Virus record (IMG/VR): IMGVR_UViG_3300023184_000168
Span: 1 to 52,988 of that record
DNA length: 52,988 bases
Direction: 5' to 3' (one strand)
Origin: a virus
Lineage: Duplodnaviria > Caudoviricetes
Shown here: piece by piece, positions 37,107-47,072 of the stretch
Position numbering within the stretch: the first letter of the stretch is position 1
Layout of the letters: every line of letters starts with the position of its first letter
Program-made: the position numbers and the translations under genes
Notes under the pieces: generated by a model
What the model saw: the letters and a program-made list of their open reading frames with translations, nothing else
Told to the model about the DNA's origin: nothing
The model's database searches: none

Positions 37107-40100
37107 TTAAGATCCGCTAGTTGTTACAATCGATGAAGATTTTAATTGTGATGCAGTAATCGCATCAATAATTTCTATATCAGAAATTTTTGCACCACTT
37201 ATGAATATCTCATTTGATAAACATGTTAGTTCATATAAACTTCCAAAACTATTATTATCAGTAACTGGTACAATAACAAAATTGGTAATATCAGGTGTAA
37301 GTAAATTCATAATATAAGTTGATAGTTCGCCAAAGTGAAAACTTTGTCCAAAGTCCCAATTTTCTAAAGCAAAAAAATCATTTATACCCAACAATATTCT
37401 TGTTTTTAAATCATTGTCATTAGTTATTCTATCAGGATTTTTAACCGCTTTAAATTTTGCCTGAAGATTTATATTAGCATTTGCACCAAATAATATTTTA
37501 TAACGTACTGGGTGAAATACTATTTCATCACTTATTGATTTAATAGGAGAAAGAGATGGAAGATAATTTTGTTCTAAATTTTGACTAGTTGGAGGTAGCG
37601 GTTCACTTGATACATTACCTAACAACCAACTTCTTACATCATTATCGTATGAGGTTGTCAACATATAGATATCTATAATATTTGATTTACTAGGATCAAT
37701 TCGTCTTTCTTCACCACTATTATGCTCATAATGAAATTTAATATTAGAACATCCAGACCTACCGATATATTGATCAGTATATATAAACTTCTGATATGCT
37801 TTTGACCAATACTTAACAACATTTAAAGAAGGACTATAAAAATAGAACAATTGCCCATCAATTTTATACTCAGATGTTACGCTATTTTCATTTAAAAATG
37901 GAAGTATATCATCTGAAGTTAATGCAAATCTTGCAGTAGACCCTACTCTTTTAAAATAAACAAATTGTGATCCTACAATATTAGTAAATGAATCTGGATC
38001 TAAAATTTGCCCTGTGCCGGTATAATCATAAAAACTAATTTTTACTCGTTGAGGATCAACATAACCATCAACTTCAACAATAGAATCATCTATTTGCCAT
38101 ATATAGTCGTGATCCAATGGGGTAGATGCATTTGATAAATTAATAGAAAGAACTGTAATTTTATCTTTAATTACAGAATTATTTGTGTAATCAAAATTTA
38201 CAGAAGATTTATCATTTAAAAATGAAGTTTCTTTATCACTTTCAAATATATAATCTAATGTTCTATATCGCACCTTATAACTTTTTCCAGTCCAAATAAA
38301 TGCAATCAACCAACTTGAATCTAGTCCCAAGTCTTCCATATTATTTTGATTTGATAAACTAAAAGGATTCATTATATCTAAATTAGAATTAACAATTATA
38401 CTCCATTCCCTAGTTAACGTATCAATTGTTAATCCAAAATTACGTTGTGTCATGCATATATTTGCAATTTCACTTTCTATAGAATAGCCTAATAGGCTAT
38501 TAAATTTGTATATTACTTCTTGTGGAACGGCTCCGTGCGGAACAATGGTAGAAAAAATTATAGGACCGGTTCCGTCACTTAACGTTCCCTGACCGTAGTT
38601 AGAACCATCACCTATAACTTGTTTAACTGTAGACCAAATATAAGACTTCCCACTTGCTGGAATTCCAGTTGTAGGAATTGTTTTTAATAAATTATTTTTA
38701 TCAAAATATTTTCCAGATGGCGGCAAAAATTTGATTATCGATCCCGGAAATACGTATTGAAGATTCGATCCTGATGTAGTTCCTACTGCTACAGGAAGTT
38801 CCGAAATAGTAAAATATCCACGACTTTCACCGGGTGTAGTATTAGCATTATACCATTTTAAGGATAGATATGTTAAATTAAAACTGCTGTACTTGTTAAG
38901 ATAAAAAGATCGTAACTCAGGTAATGCAACAATAGGATTTAATCTATTTTTAATAACCGACAGTACTTGATTTTTACTAATAAATTCAAATTCAAATATA
39001 TGTTCTTGTTCTTCTTTGTATAGAATACCGTCAGTTGCAAATATATTAGTCTTACTATATTTTCCACTAACATCTGATATGTCAAAATATTTACTAAGTC
39101 CACTAGATATTCTATTAATACTTTTAACTTTAAGAATGTTCGAACCAGCAGTTAACGGAGCAATATTATAATCCTCTCCTGTAATCATTCTATTTTGAGT
39201 ATAGTATGACTGCGGTGCTTTGGACCTAATACTTGAATTAGATTCTGGACCTGCACTATTAGTGACTGTATACTGCAAACTTAATGTTAATTGTAAATTA
39301 TGATTTTGTCCTAAAGAATTTGTGTAAGGAACTGTAATGATAACCCCTGTCATTTGTTCAGGTTTTATAATATATGACAACCCATTACTTTGTCTATAAA
39401 ATAATCTAAAATCTCCTTTTGGAAGATCGCCAAATATTCCATCAGTAAAATTTAGATCAATTTGATCTTGGTCACGTGTTGATATAGCATATATTGCTCT
39501 TAAACTTTTATTAAGGCTATTATATATTACATTATTTCCCACTAATGAAGGAACAGGTGTCCACAATGTATAAAAATTTCCATTTTTATCTAATTGCCAT
39601 AACCAGGCATCAGTATTATTAATATTAGGTGTGTTTATTCCTATAATCTCATTAGGTACTGGATTATCAATATTAAATCTAGAAACACTTAAACTGCCCT
39701 GTTTAAATTGTGTAAAGAATCCAGTATTAGCACTACCACTTCCTTGATTATCATTTTTATAAATTAAACTAAATGCATTTTTAGGAGCAGGGGCTTCTTC
39801 GTAAATATAATCCTTACCGCTAAATGTAGACGGAACAATTTCAAAATTCATCGAGGTTCCATTGATGCTTTTAGAAAAATTAAAAATTGGAACATCATCA
39901 TTTGAACTATTAATTCTATATTGGTCAGTTTCTACCGCGTTAATAGTTCCACGACTTGCAGGATTTCCAAAATTGCTAGACATTGCTGAATTCATTATAT
40001 TAATGAATTGTTGATACCAACTAGAATTAGTAGGATCGTTCCATCCTACGGTAACATTTGCTAAATTTAAACCAGTTGCATCATATACACTATCTGTTGT

Positions 40101-40469
40101 AGATACAGCAGTAACTTTTAATAAACCGCTAGCAGGGATATTTCTTGCAGGATTATAACTAATTAATTGTGCAAGACGTAATACACTATCTCGACGTTGG
40201 GCAGTTTCTAAAAAGTTTTCACGAGCATTTAGATCGATACGAAAACTTAAATTTTGTCCTAGATATGCAATAACATCAATAAGAGCAATATACTCGCTAC
40301 TATCAACATAGTCATTGAATTCTTCAGGATATTTTTCCTGAAGATATGAAATCATTGTACGACGAAGAGTTTCAAAGTCGTAACTTTTAAAATCAGCATT
40401 ACGGAAAGATTGGTATACTTTTTTCCAATCTTCTGCTACTAATAGTTTTGTGTTATTTGAGGGTATCAT
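37107..40469 (-). CDS. baseplate wedge subunit, T4 gp6-like
   Basis: DFETLR...FNDY...LIDVIAY...E.FL.TAQRRDSVLRLA..ISYNP and ES..SIR..AP..Y..QNR.IT.EDY motifs. Confidence 0.8.
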   Translation of the reverse strand: MIPSNNTKLLVAEDWKKVYQSFRNADFKSYDFETLRRTMISYLQEKYPEEFNDYVDSSEYIALIDVIAYLGQNLSFRIDLNARENFLETAQRRDSVLRLAQLISYNPARNIPASGLLKVTAVSTTDSVYDATGLNLANVTVGWNDPTNSSWYQQFINIMNSAMSSNFGNPASRGTINAVETDQYRINSSNDDVPIFNFSKSINGTSMNFEIVPSTFSGKDYIYEEAPAPKNAFSLIYKNDNQGSGSANTGFFTQFKQGSLSVSRFNIDNPVPNEIIGINTPNINNTDAWLWQLDKNGNFYTLWTPVPSLVGNNVIYNSLNKSLRAIYAISTRDQDQIDLNFTDGIFGDLPKGDFRLFYRQSNGLSYIIKPEQMTGVIITVPYTNSLGQNHNLQLTLSLQYTVTNSAGPESNSSIRSKAPQSYYTQNRMITGEDYNIAPLTAGSNILKVKSINRISSGLSKYFDISDVSGKYSKTNIFATDGILYKEEQEHIFEFEFISKNQVLSVIKNRLNPIVALPELRSFYLNKYSSFNLTYLSLKWYNANTTPGESRGYFTISELPVAVGTTSGSNLQYVFPGSIIKFLPPSGKYFDKNNLLKTIPTTGIPASGKSYIWSTVKQVIGDGSNYGQGTLSDGTGPIIFSTIVPHGAVPQEVIYKFNSLLGYSIESEIANICMTQRNFGLTIDTLTREWSIIVNSNLDIMNPFSLSNQNNMEDLGLDSSWLIAFIWTGKSYKVRYRTLDYIFESDKETSFLNDKSSVNFDYTNNSVIKDKITVLSINLSNASTPLDHDYIWQIDDSIVEVDGYVDPQRVKISFYDYTGTGQILDPDSFTNIVGSQFVYFKRVGSTARFALTSDDILPFLNENSVTSEYKIDGQLFYFYSPSLNVVKYWSKAYQKFIYTDQYIGRSGCSNIKFHYEHNSGEERRIDPSKSNIIDIYMLTTSYDNDVRSWLLGNVSSEPLPPTSQNLEQNYLPSLSPIKSISDEIVFHPVRYKILFGANANINLQAKFKAVKNPDRITNDNDLKTRILLGINDFFALENWDFGQSFHFGELSTYIMNLLTPDITNFVIVPVTDNNSFGSLYELTCLSNEIFISGAKISDIEIIDAITASQLKSSSIVTTSGS

Positions 40470-40483
40470 AATGTTCTATACCG

Positions 40484-40490
40484 TATTTAT
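40484..40490 (-). promoter_or_regulatory. late promoter ATAAATA
   Basis: TATTTAT on +; 14 nt upstream of ATG 40469. Confidence 0.6.
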
Positions 40491-40511
40491 TGTAATAATT
40501 AAGTGGGTATA

Positions 40512-40952
40512 TTATTGTTGTACCCGTAATCCAATCTTTTGATCAAACGCAAGTTTTAATACACTAGATTGATTTGTGTTTTTCATTGCCAATATAATTT
40601 CAATCAAATACCCTTGCGGATATTCAGTAATTGCAATCCGTAAAGGAGAAACTCTAGGATCAGAATTGCATATATCAGTAATATCTTTTGTAAGGAGATC
40701 TTTAATTTGAGGAGTTATTGGCTCCATTAATATATCCCAAACAATGGTTCCAAACTTAGGATTCATTACCCGTTGTCCCTTACGAGTATTAAACTGATTA
40801 AGAATATTTTGTTTGATTAAATCAAAATCATAAAGTTTAGATCCTCTGTTAGTAGGATTAACTGTGCTAAACCCTTTATAATATTGGCTTAGTTTATCAG
40901 TATGTTGATCACTATAACCGGCAGGAGTAATTTCAAGATTTTTGTAAGGCAT
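40512..40952 (-). CDS. baseplate wedge protein, gp25/GpW-like
   Basis: LIKQNILN.FNTRKGQRVMNPKFGT...LMEP...DPRV motif. Confidence 0.85.
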   Translation of the reverse strand: MPYKNLEITPAGYSDQHTDKLSQYYKGFSTVNPTNRGSKLYDFDLIKQNILNQFNTRKGQRVMNPKFGTIVWDILMEPITPQIKDLLTKDITDICNSDPRVSPLRIAITEYPQGYLIEIILAMKNTNQSSVLKLAFDQKIGLRVQQ

Positions 40953-40956
40953 ATTA

Positions 40957-40963
40957 TATTTAT
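40957..40963 (-). promoter_or_regulatory. late promoter ATAAATA
   Basis: TATTTAT on +; 4 nt upstream of ATG 40952. Confidence 0.65.
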
Positions 40964-40979
40964 TAACTACTAAATCTGG

Positions 40980-43280
40980 TTATCTGTGCGGTGCTGGAGA
41001 GCCGCTACCAGATTGTACTGGACGTCCGCTACTATCAACTAATATACCTCCTGAGCCTGTACCAACAACATTTCCTTGTAATTGACCTAAGAAACATTCA
41101 TAATATCCCTTTTTACGGGTATGAATATCGGGTGTATTAAATCCAATTGCCTTACATGCTGCTTCAAAATAACCGGGATCTGTTTGAGCAACTTTACATC
41201 TATCCAACATATACTTAACTGCAACTTCAGCAGCGATAGCCGGCGTATTTAATAGTTGAGGATTTCCAATTAAATCTTGCCCAATCATTGTTCCGTACCT
41301 AGCATAGTTACTTCTACCAGTTAGTTGAATGTATCCTCTACCTATATACTTGCCGCCGTCGCCGGATTGAGTATTACCTAGACCTTTACCTTTAGAAGTA
41401 GTACTACCATATAAAAATTCAGGTAACGTATTATTAGGATTGCCTGCATATTGTTGAGCAAGTGCTGTATCGCCTTTGAACACGCTAGGAAATACTTGTA
41501 ACAATCTATCAGCAGAATACTTAAATCCTTCTTCAACCAACTTCCAACGACATTCGCCACCTGCTATACCCAATAGCGATGCAATAGCAATAGGAGTAGT
41601 AAGCCCAAATTTTGCACAAGCCGCTTTGATAGCACTAATACCTTCCTGTGATGAACTAGCATTAATATCCTTAGAATATTCAGGCGTACAAGTTCCAGGA
41701 GTTACATCTGGTGGATTAGCAGGTTCTTGTTTTCCAGCAGCAGGATTAGGAGGAATCCCCGAAGCACTTCTGTCTGCTAATGTTACATCCGTAGCCTCTG
41801 GACTAAATTGTGCAGGATTAATTGATTCATGTTGTGGCCAAGGTTCGTGCGTTGGCACACGTTGCATGATAGTTTTAATTGTACCTGTATTATAAAACTT
41901 TCCATCACTCCATCCCCAACTTACTAATCGTTGTGGCAAACTAAACAATGGTAAATCTGGAGGAACTTCAGCAGCATCTGCGGTGGCAGGAGATCCTGCG
42001 GTTGGACCATTCCAATGTATATTTGCTCCTGTTCCAATAATGTTGCCAGTGGCACCTAAGTTTAATTGTGCTGATGTACCTAAATTAATATTGCCATTTG
42101 ATTTAAGATTAATAGTTCCAATAGCGGCTTGTTTAATATCCTGTGCAGAACTTAAACTATAACTATTACCTACTGTAATTTTAACAGCATCACCTATAGT
42201 TTCATCATGTGTTCCCCTGATAGCAATCTTTTGATCTTGATCTACAGTAAGATAATTATAACCAGTTATATTGGTCTCCATATTTTTACCGGCTTTAACA
42301 TGAATATTGCGGCCTGCTTCAAAATTAATATCTCTATCAGCACGGAAGTTAAAATCATGCTCTGTATGTATGCTTATACTATCATGTGCATATATGTCAA
42401 TCTTTCCATTAGATGTTAATTCAATCCATGCAGTACCTTGACTATTGGCTATATAAATTAAATCGTTAGTATTATGTAATAGAATTTGATGACCTGTTCT
42501 TGTACGCAATCTAACTAACTCATTTTGTCCGTTAACATCGCCGTCATCCATCACAAATGTTGTTCCACCTAATCTACTCACAGGTGCTTGTGAATTCCCC
42601 GTATAACCTATCTTGCCTCGTTTAGCACCCGAACTAGAATCTAATGGGCCAGGGGTTGAAATACCAAAAACTCCACTAGGAACTTCTCGTCTAGCACTGC
42701 TAGAAGTAACTCCCCTAATGGTATCTAAAAGCAATCCCTGTTGTACCAATCTATCAGCAAATGGATGAATTGGTTTTTTAAATTTTTCAGGATTAGGATT
42801 TGATAAATCTTTTGATTTTTTGTGAAACTCTGCAACAGGCAAATAATCTGTTCCGTATTTTCTGCGTTGCTCATCTGTCATCTCTACTTGGCGACTTGCA
42901 GCAATACCAGGAATCATATGATTTTGAAATACATCATTAACGCAGCCAATCCAATATCCTTGATTATGGTCGCCGTCGATGAATATAACCATAACCGTTG
43001 CTCCTATATCCGGCGGAATCATCCACATACCATAAGATTTTTGTACATCGTTGAAGTCACTACTGTTGGTTCCTTCAAATCGAGAAGAAGTATTACCACC
43101 AAATGGGGTCAACTGCCTAACTACATATGTTTCACCTTGTTCTCCAGTTACACTCGGAATACTTTTAATTAATGCAACTTCTAACCCTCCCATATAAGTA
43201 GGATCGAGATGATTTGTTACCTCGGCCAAATACGGACCAGGTGTTGGTAATTTAGATCGCGCTCTTTTTTCAGTAGCCAT
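40980..43280 (-). CDS. baseplate hub spike, gp5/VgrG-like, with C-terminal GH19 lytic domain
   Basis: OB-fold (DP..MG.L.V...PPDIG..V.V.F.DGD...GYWIG), beta-helix repeats, then GDGGKYIGRGYIQLTGRSNY...DLIGNPQLL. Confidence 0.82.
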   Translation of the reverse strand: MATEKRARSKLPTPGPYLAEVTNHLDPTYMGGLEVALIKSIPSVTGEQGETYVVRQLTPFGGNTSSRFEGTNSSDFNDVQKSYGMWMIPPDIGATVMVIFIDGDHNQGYWIGCVNDVFQNHMIPGIAASRQVEMTDEQRRKYGTDYLPVAEFHKKSKDLSNPNPEKFKKPIHPFADRLVQQGLLLDTIRGVTSSSARREVPSGVFGISTPGPLDSSSGAKRGKIGYTGNSQAPVSRLGGTTFVMDDGDVNGQNELVRLRTRTGHQILLHNTNDLIYIANSQGTAWIELTSNGKIDIYAHDSISIHTEHDFNFRADRDINFEAGRNIHVKAGKNMETNITGYNYLTVDQDQKIAIRGTHDETIGDAVKITVGNSYSLSSAQDIKQAAIGTINLKSNGNINLGTSAQLNLGATGNIIGTGANIHWNGPTAGSPATADAAEVPPDLPLFSLPQRLVSWGWSDGKFYNTGTIKTIMQRVPTHEPWPQHESINPAQFSPEATDVTLADRSASGIPPNPAAGKQEPANPPDVTPGTCTPEYSKDINASSSQEGISAIKAACAKFGLTTPIAIASLLGIAGGECRWKLVEEGFKYSADRLLQVFPSVFKGDTALAQQYAGNPNNTLPEFLYGSTTSKGKGLGNTQSGDGGKYIGRGYIQLTGRSNYARYGTMIGQDLIGNPQLLNTPAIAAEVAVKYMLDRCKVAQTDPGYFEAACKAIGFNTPDIHTRKKGYYECFLGQLQGNVVGTGSGGILVDSSGRPVQSGSGSPAPHR

Positions 43281-43285
43281 AATTA

Positions 43286-46200
43286 TTATCCGTTATTGAT
43301 TCTGTTAACTAGTTTATCTAAAGGACTTTGTCCTGAATATCCGGACAACATGGATTTTGCCGAATTTAATTTATCTTTCATTGAATTTATATCAACCGAG
43401 TTTACTGACCCAGTTAAATTTGAATAAGGATTTGAACTTGCTCCACTAGGTGATGCTTGAGCAGCAGAAATTAATTCTTGCGGAACTAAATTGCTAGATA
43501 ATTTACTAGGACTGTTAACTCCGTATAAATTCTCAAGGGCAGTCATTCCGCCTTTTTTAACAACTGACGACGCATATCCTACATCGGCCTGCGGTATTGG
43601 TGCGGTAGCAAATTCTGGAGTAGCAGGAATATTTTTCATCTTACTTGCAGGAAGATAATCAAGTACTAATCCTGCAGATGCTGCTTGATTTAAATTTACA
43701 TTACTAGGTGTGTTTTTAACTATATCAGTGACTTGATTTTGTAATTTACTTTGTAGGCCGGCACCAGTTAATCCAGACAATCTACTAGGATCTAATCCTA
43801 CTTTGGCGGCAATACCTTGAGGGTCCATAGGAGATGCAGTTAGTTGAGTAATCTTATTACCTATTCCACCTACAAGACCTGACAAATTATTTCCTATACC
43901 CTGAACTGCGGCAAGTGCGTTTGTTCCCAAATCTTTAGCAACTCCGGATATATTACTAAGACTACCAGTTGGTAATGAGGTAGGATTTATATTTGCACCT
44001 TGTTTAATATCAAGTGATGTTAACCCGCCTGGAAATGTAGATATAGGTGTTATACTAAGTGATGCTCCTTTTCCTATACCAGATCCTTGATTAGATATAT
44101 TAAGTGCAGATTTGATAGCAGATCCTACAACTGTTCCTCCTAACGATCCTATAAGACGTTCTGCTGACATATTGCCTGTTAATATATTAGCAGCAGATCC
44201 TAATGTTGCAGCGGGGGCTAACGATTCCTGACTTAGCCCAATTAATCCCGATGACTGTAATCGTATATTAGATGAAACATCATTCGGAGACGACGGCAAT
44301 GCTTGTCCTATTATAGAAGTTTCCGGCATTATATTGCCAGATCTAGAAATTAATCCATATGTTTGATTCAATAAACTAGGAGTTGAACCACCCAGGCCAC
44401 CTTCCGCATTTGTAAAATTACTAAGTTCTCCAGGTAATCCCGGACTAGGCAATCCTCTATTCAACTGATCCATTGCTGTTTCAGAATCCATTCGTTCTTC
44501 TGGACTTTGTGCTCTAGACTCATCTGGTATTACCTGTGAACTAGGATTAGGTGAGGTAGCAAAATTATCGGCAGGATCCGTAGCACGTAGATTAGAATCT
44601 ATTACCTGTCCAGGTAACCTTAAAATATCTAATTTTTGTTTAAATACACCATCTCTAAAATTACTATTAACTTTTAGTACTCTATAAACTCCACTAAAAG
44701 GCACACGGTTAGCATCAAATTGCATCATGCCGCCGTTTTCAAAACTATTAATATCAATAGGATTTCTAAAATTTATAGTTATTAAAACTTCTCCGTAATT
44801 GTGATCTGCTTCACCTTTGTTTGTTTTTCCTCTCTTTGAAGTATCCGGTTTAGATTTATAGTTTCCTATTCCGCCTGTTACAAGATAAAAAGGATCTCCT
44901 AATATTTCCATTTCTCCTGTTAACATACTGGCTTTAGAATTAATCACAGCATCATGCATACCCCTTGCTAGTGTGCTGTAAGGATCGCTTAACGGTTGAC
45001 TAGCATTACCGCCATACGATTGCAATGGTGTTACTGTTGGCTTTACGGGAGTTGTAGGAACTTGTTGTCTTTTTAATCTTGCATTTGACCTAGCGTTAAT
45101 TTGATCAGCAGTTTTTAAACTATCATCAGATTTAATTTTAACTTCTGAACTATTATCGGGTGCGGCAGCATTTTTTGGTTGAGGTTGATCTTTATTACCC
45201 ATTGCTGCCGGAACTGCTTCAAAGAACAATGTATTAAAATTAAGTTTAAAATTTAAAACATCAACATTTTGTCCTGTATAGATGTAGTTGTATTCTCTTA
45301 AACTTATCTTTTTTAAATCTTCTTCTTTAATAATATTCTGACCGTAACTTGGTATTCGACTTATATGTATCTTATAAGGAGTTACAACATATGTATATTT
45401 TTGAAATGGTTTTTGTGACACTTCATCTATAATATCTAAATTTTCAACTTCCATTTTAATAAGAAAATAATCTAACATACCATATTGATCAGGATTATTT
45501 GGACGTTTTCCTATATTTTTTAATATATCTCTTACATATTCACTATCTCTAATAACTGAAGTTATAGCATCATTAATATTCATACCTTCTGCAAATTGAA
45601 TGGTACTTTCTTTAGGATTGTATTTTACACTTTCGGGTTGTCGTGCCTGTTGCGCAGGAGTAGGCTGTACTGCTCCATTAACTTTATATGCATTAGGTGA
45701 GCCGGGTGCCGCAGGGTCAATCATTGCATATAGTTTGTTGTCTTTTAATACTTCAGTAAATTTTGCATCAGCAATCTTAGATGCTGGACCATTTATAAAT
45801 CCTAGTTTTTCATCCCATACTGGAAAACTAATGTCGTAAATATTGTGCTTGAGTTTAGTGCTCCCTTCTTTACCCGCTTCATCAGATGTAGCAACCTGAG
45901 CATTAATATTAGTAATAAAATTATTCAATATTGATCGAACAGTATCACCTGCCATCTTAATGGGTTTTTTAACTACATTCGGTTCTCCAAATGCTCTTTC
46001 ATTATAGGGAACTGCGGTACACTTATACCTAGTACCCTTTTCAGTTATATCAACATCAATACCTGTTAGACCAAATACATAATAACGTTCAGTATTGTTA
46101 ATTAATTCTGGTTCTGGAAAATCTTCTACATCTGGATAACCCCAAAATTCCATTTTAAGTAAAAAACTAGCCTGTAGATAACTCGGATAACCCGCAGCAA

Positions 46201-46777
46201 CTGCCGAAATATGCAATGCTTCTATAAATCCATTAATACTATAAGGTTCTATAACTTCAAATTTAATTTGAGTAGGTAAACTAGTATTGCCTTCTTCACT
46301 AAATGTTAATATACTATCAATTTCAACATTTTCAATAAACATATCAAATCGACCTGGGCTTTCTTTATTGAATCCAGCGGTTAATTCTTGATTATTAGAT
46401 AATGCTGCATCAGAGGATGCTTTGTTAACTACTTTAGCATATTTGTCATAATTCTCCCCCGAGTCATCTAATTTTTTTGAATCAGTTAACTGAGTATCAC
46501 TTAATTTTGTTTGTGGACTTAATCCTGTAAATCCTTTACCGCCTGACCTTAGTATAACAAATTTTAGTTGGCTGTTTCTATATGATTCGGGATCTGTAAG
46601 ATTACTGCCATCAAGTGCAGCCATTGTAAAATGATAGGTTGAAGATCGATATCCATTAAGAGGATTTTTTTCGCCTGACTGTTCTACAATTTGTTTAGAT
46701 TCTGTTTCATATTTTTCATCAGGAGTTTTTTCAGTTTTTTTACTGACATTATCTGATTGTGGTGCCTCATCTGCCAT
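43286..46777 (-). CDS. putative baseplate hub protein (gp27-like) with long low-complexity C-terminus
   Basis: Sits between gp53-like and gp5-like genes; EILGDP...FSGVYRVLKVNSNF.DG.F.Q.L hub-type motif; last ~430 aa Ser/Gly/Ala/Leu-rich. Confidence 0.6.
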   Translation of the reverse strand: MADEAPQSDNVSKKTEKTPDEKYETESKQIVEQSGEKNPLNGYRSSTYHFTMAALDGSNLTDPESYRNSQLKFVILRSGGKGFTGLSPQTKLSDTQLTDSKKLDDSGENYDKYAKVVNKASSDAALSNNQELTAGFNKESPGRFDMFIENVEIDSILTFSEEGNTSLPTQIKFEVIEPYSINGFIEALHISAVAAGYPSYLQASFLLKMEFWGYPDVEDFPEPELINNTERYYVFGLTGIDVDITEKGTRYKCTAVPYNERAFGEPNVVKKPIKMAGDTVRSILNNFITNINAQVATSDEAGKEGSTKLKHNIYDISFPVWDEKLGFINGPASKIADAKFTEVLKDNKLYAMIDPAAPGSPNAYKVNGAVQPTPAQQARQPESVKYNPKESTIQFAEGMNINDAITSVIRDSEYVRDILKNIGKRPNNPDQYGMLDYFLIKMEVENLDIIDEVSQKPFQKYTYVVTPYKIHISRIPSYGQNIIKEEDLKKISLREYNYIYTGQNVDVLNFKLNFNTLFFEAVPAAMGNKDQPQPKNAAAPDNSSEVKIKSDDSLKTADQINARSNARLKRQQVPTTPVKPTVTPLQSYGGNASQPLSDPYSTLARGMHDAVINSKASMLTGEMEILGDPFYLVTGGIGNYKSKPDTSKRGKTNKGEADHNYGEVLITINFRNPIDINSFENGGMMQFDANRVPFSGVYRVLKVNSNFRDGVFKQKLDILRLPGQVIDSNLRATDPADNFATSPNPSSQVIPDESRAQSPEERMDSETAMDQLNRGLPSPGLPGELSNFTNAEGGLGGSTPSLLNQTYGLISRSGNIMPETSIIGQALPSSPNDVSSNIRLQSSGLIGLSQESLAPAATLGSAANILTGNMSAERLIGSLGGTVVGSAIKSALNISNQGSGIGKGASLSITPISTFPGGLTSLDIKQGANINPTSLPTGSLSNISGVAKDLGTNALAAVQGIGNNLSGLVGGIGNKITQLTASPMDPQGIAAKVGLDPSRLSGLTGAGLQSKLQNQVTDIVKNTPSNVNLNQAASAGLVLDYLPASKMKNIPATPEFATAPIPQADVGYASSVVKKGGMTALENLYGVNSPSKLSSNLVPQELISAAQASPSGASSNPYSNLTGSVNSVDINSMKDKLNSAKSMLSGYSGQSPLDKLVNRINNG

Positions 46778-46778
46778 A

Positions 46779-47072
46779 TTAAATTCCTAGAACAGATTTA
46801 AGAGTAGACATTTTAGGAAGATATATTTTTACACCTGCTTTTAAATCATATACAGGATCTTTAATAATGGTTTTATTACGAACTGCAAAAACCCACCACA
46901 ATCCGGAATCTTTATAAACATCATTGGCAAGTAAATCTGGCCTATTTTCATAAGTTGCTGTTACTTCAAAAAGTATATCATCTCGTTCGCTGGGTATATC
47001 ACGAAATTCCATAACATCAAGATATCCGTTTGTTATTGAAGTTTTAGAATAAGGACTAGTTTTGTTATACAT
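46779..47072 (-). CDS. LysM-like baseplate wedge protein (gp53/tail X-like)
   Basis: RPDLLA.DVY.DSGLWWVFA..N...DP...L.AG..I.LP. Confidence 0.78.
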   Translation of the reverse strand: MYNKTSPYSKTSITNGYLDVMEFRDIPSERDDILFEVTATYENRPDLLANDVYKDSGLWWVFAVRNKTIIKDPVYDLKAGVKIYLPKMSTLKSVLGI

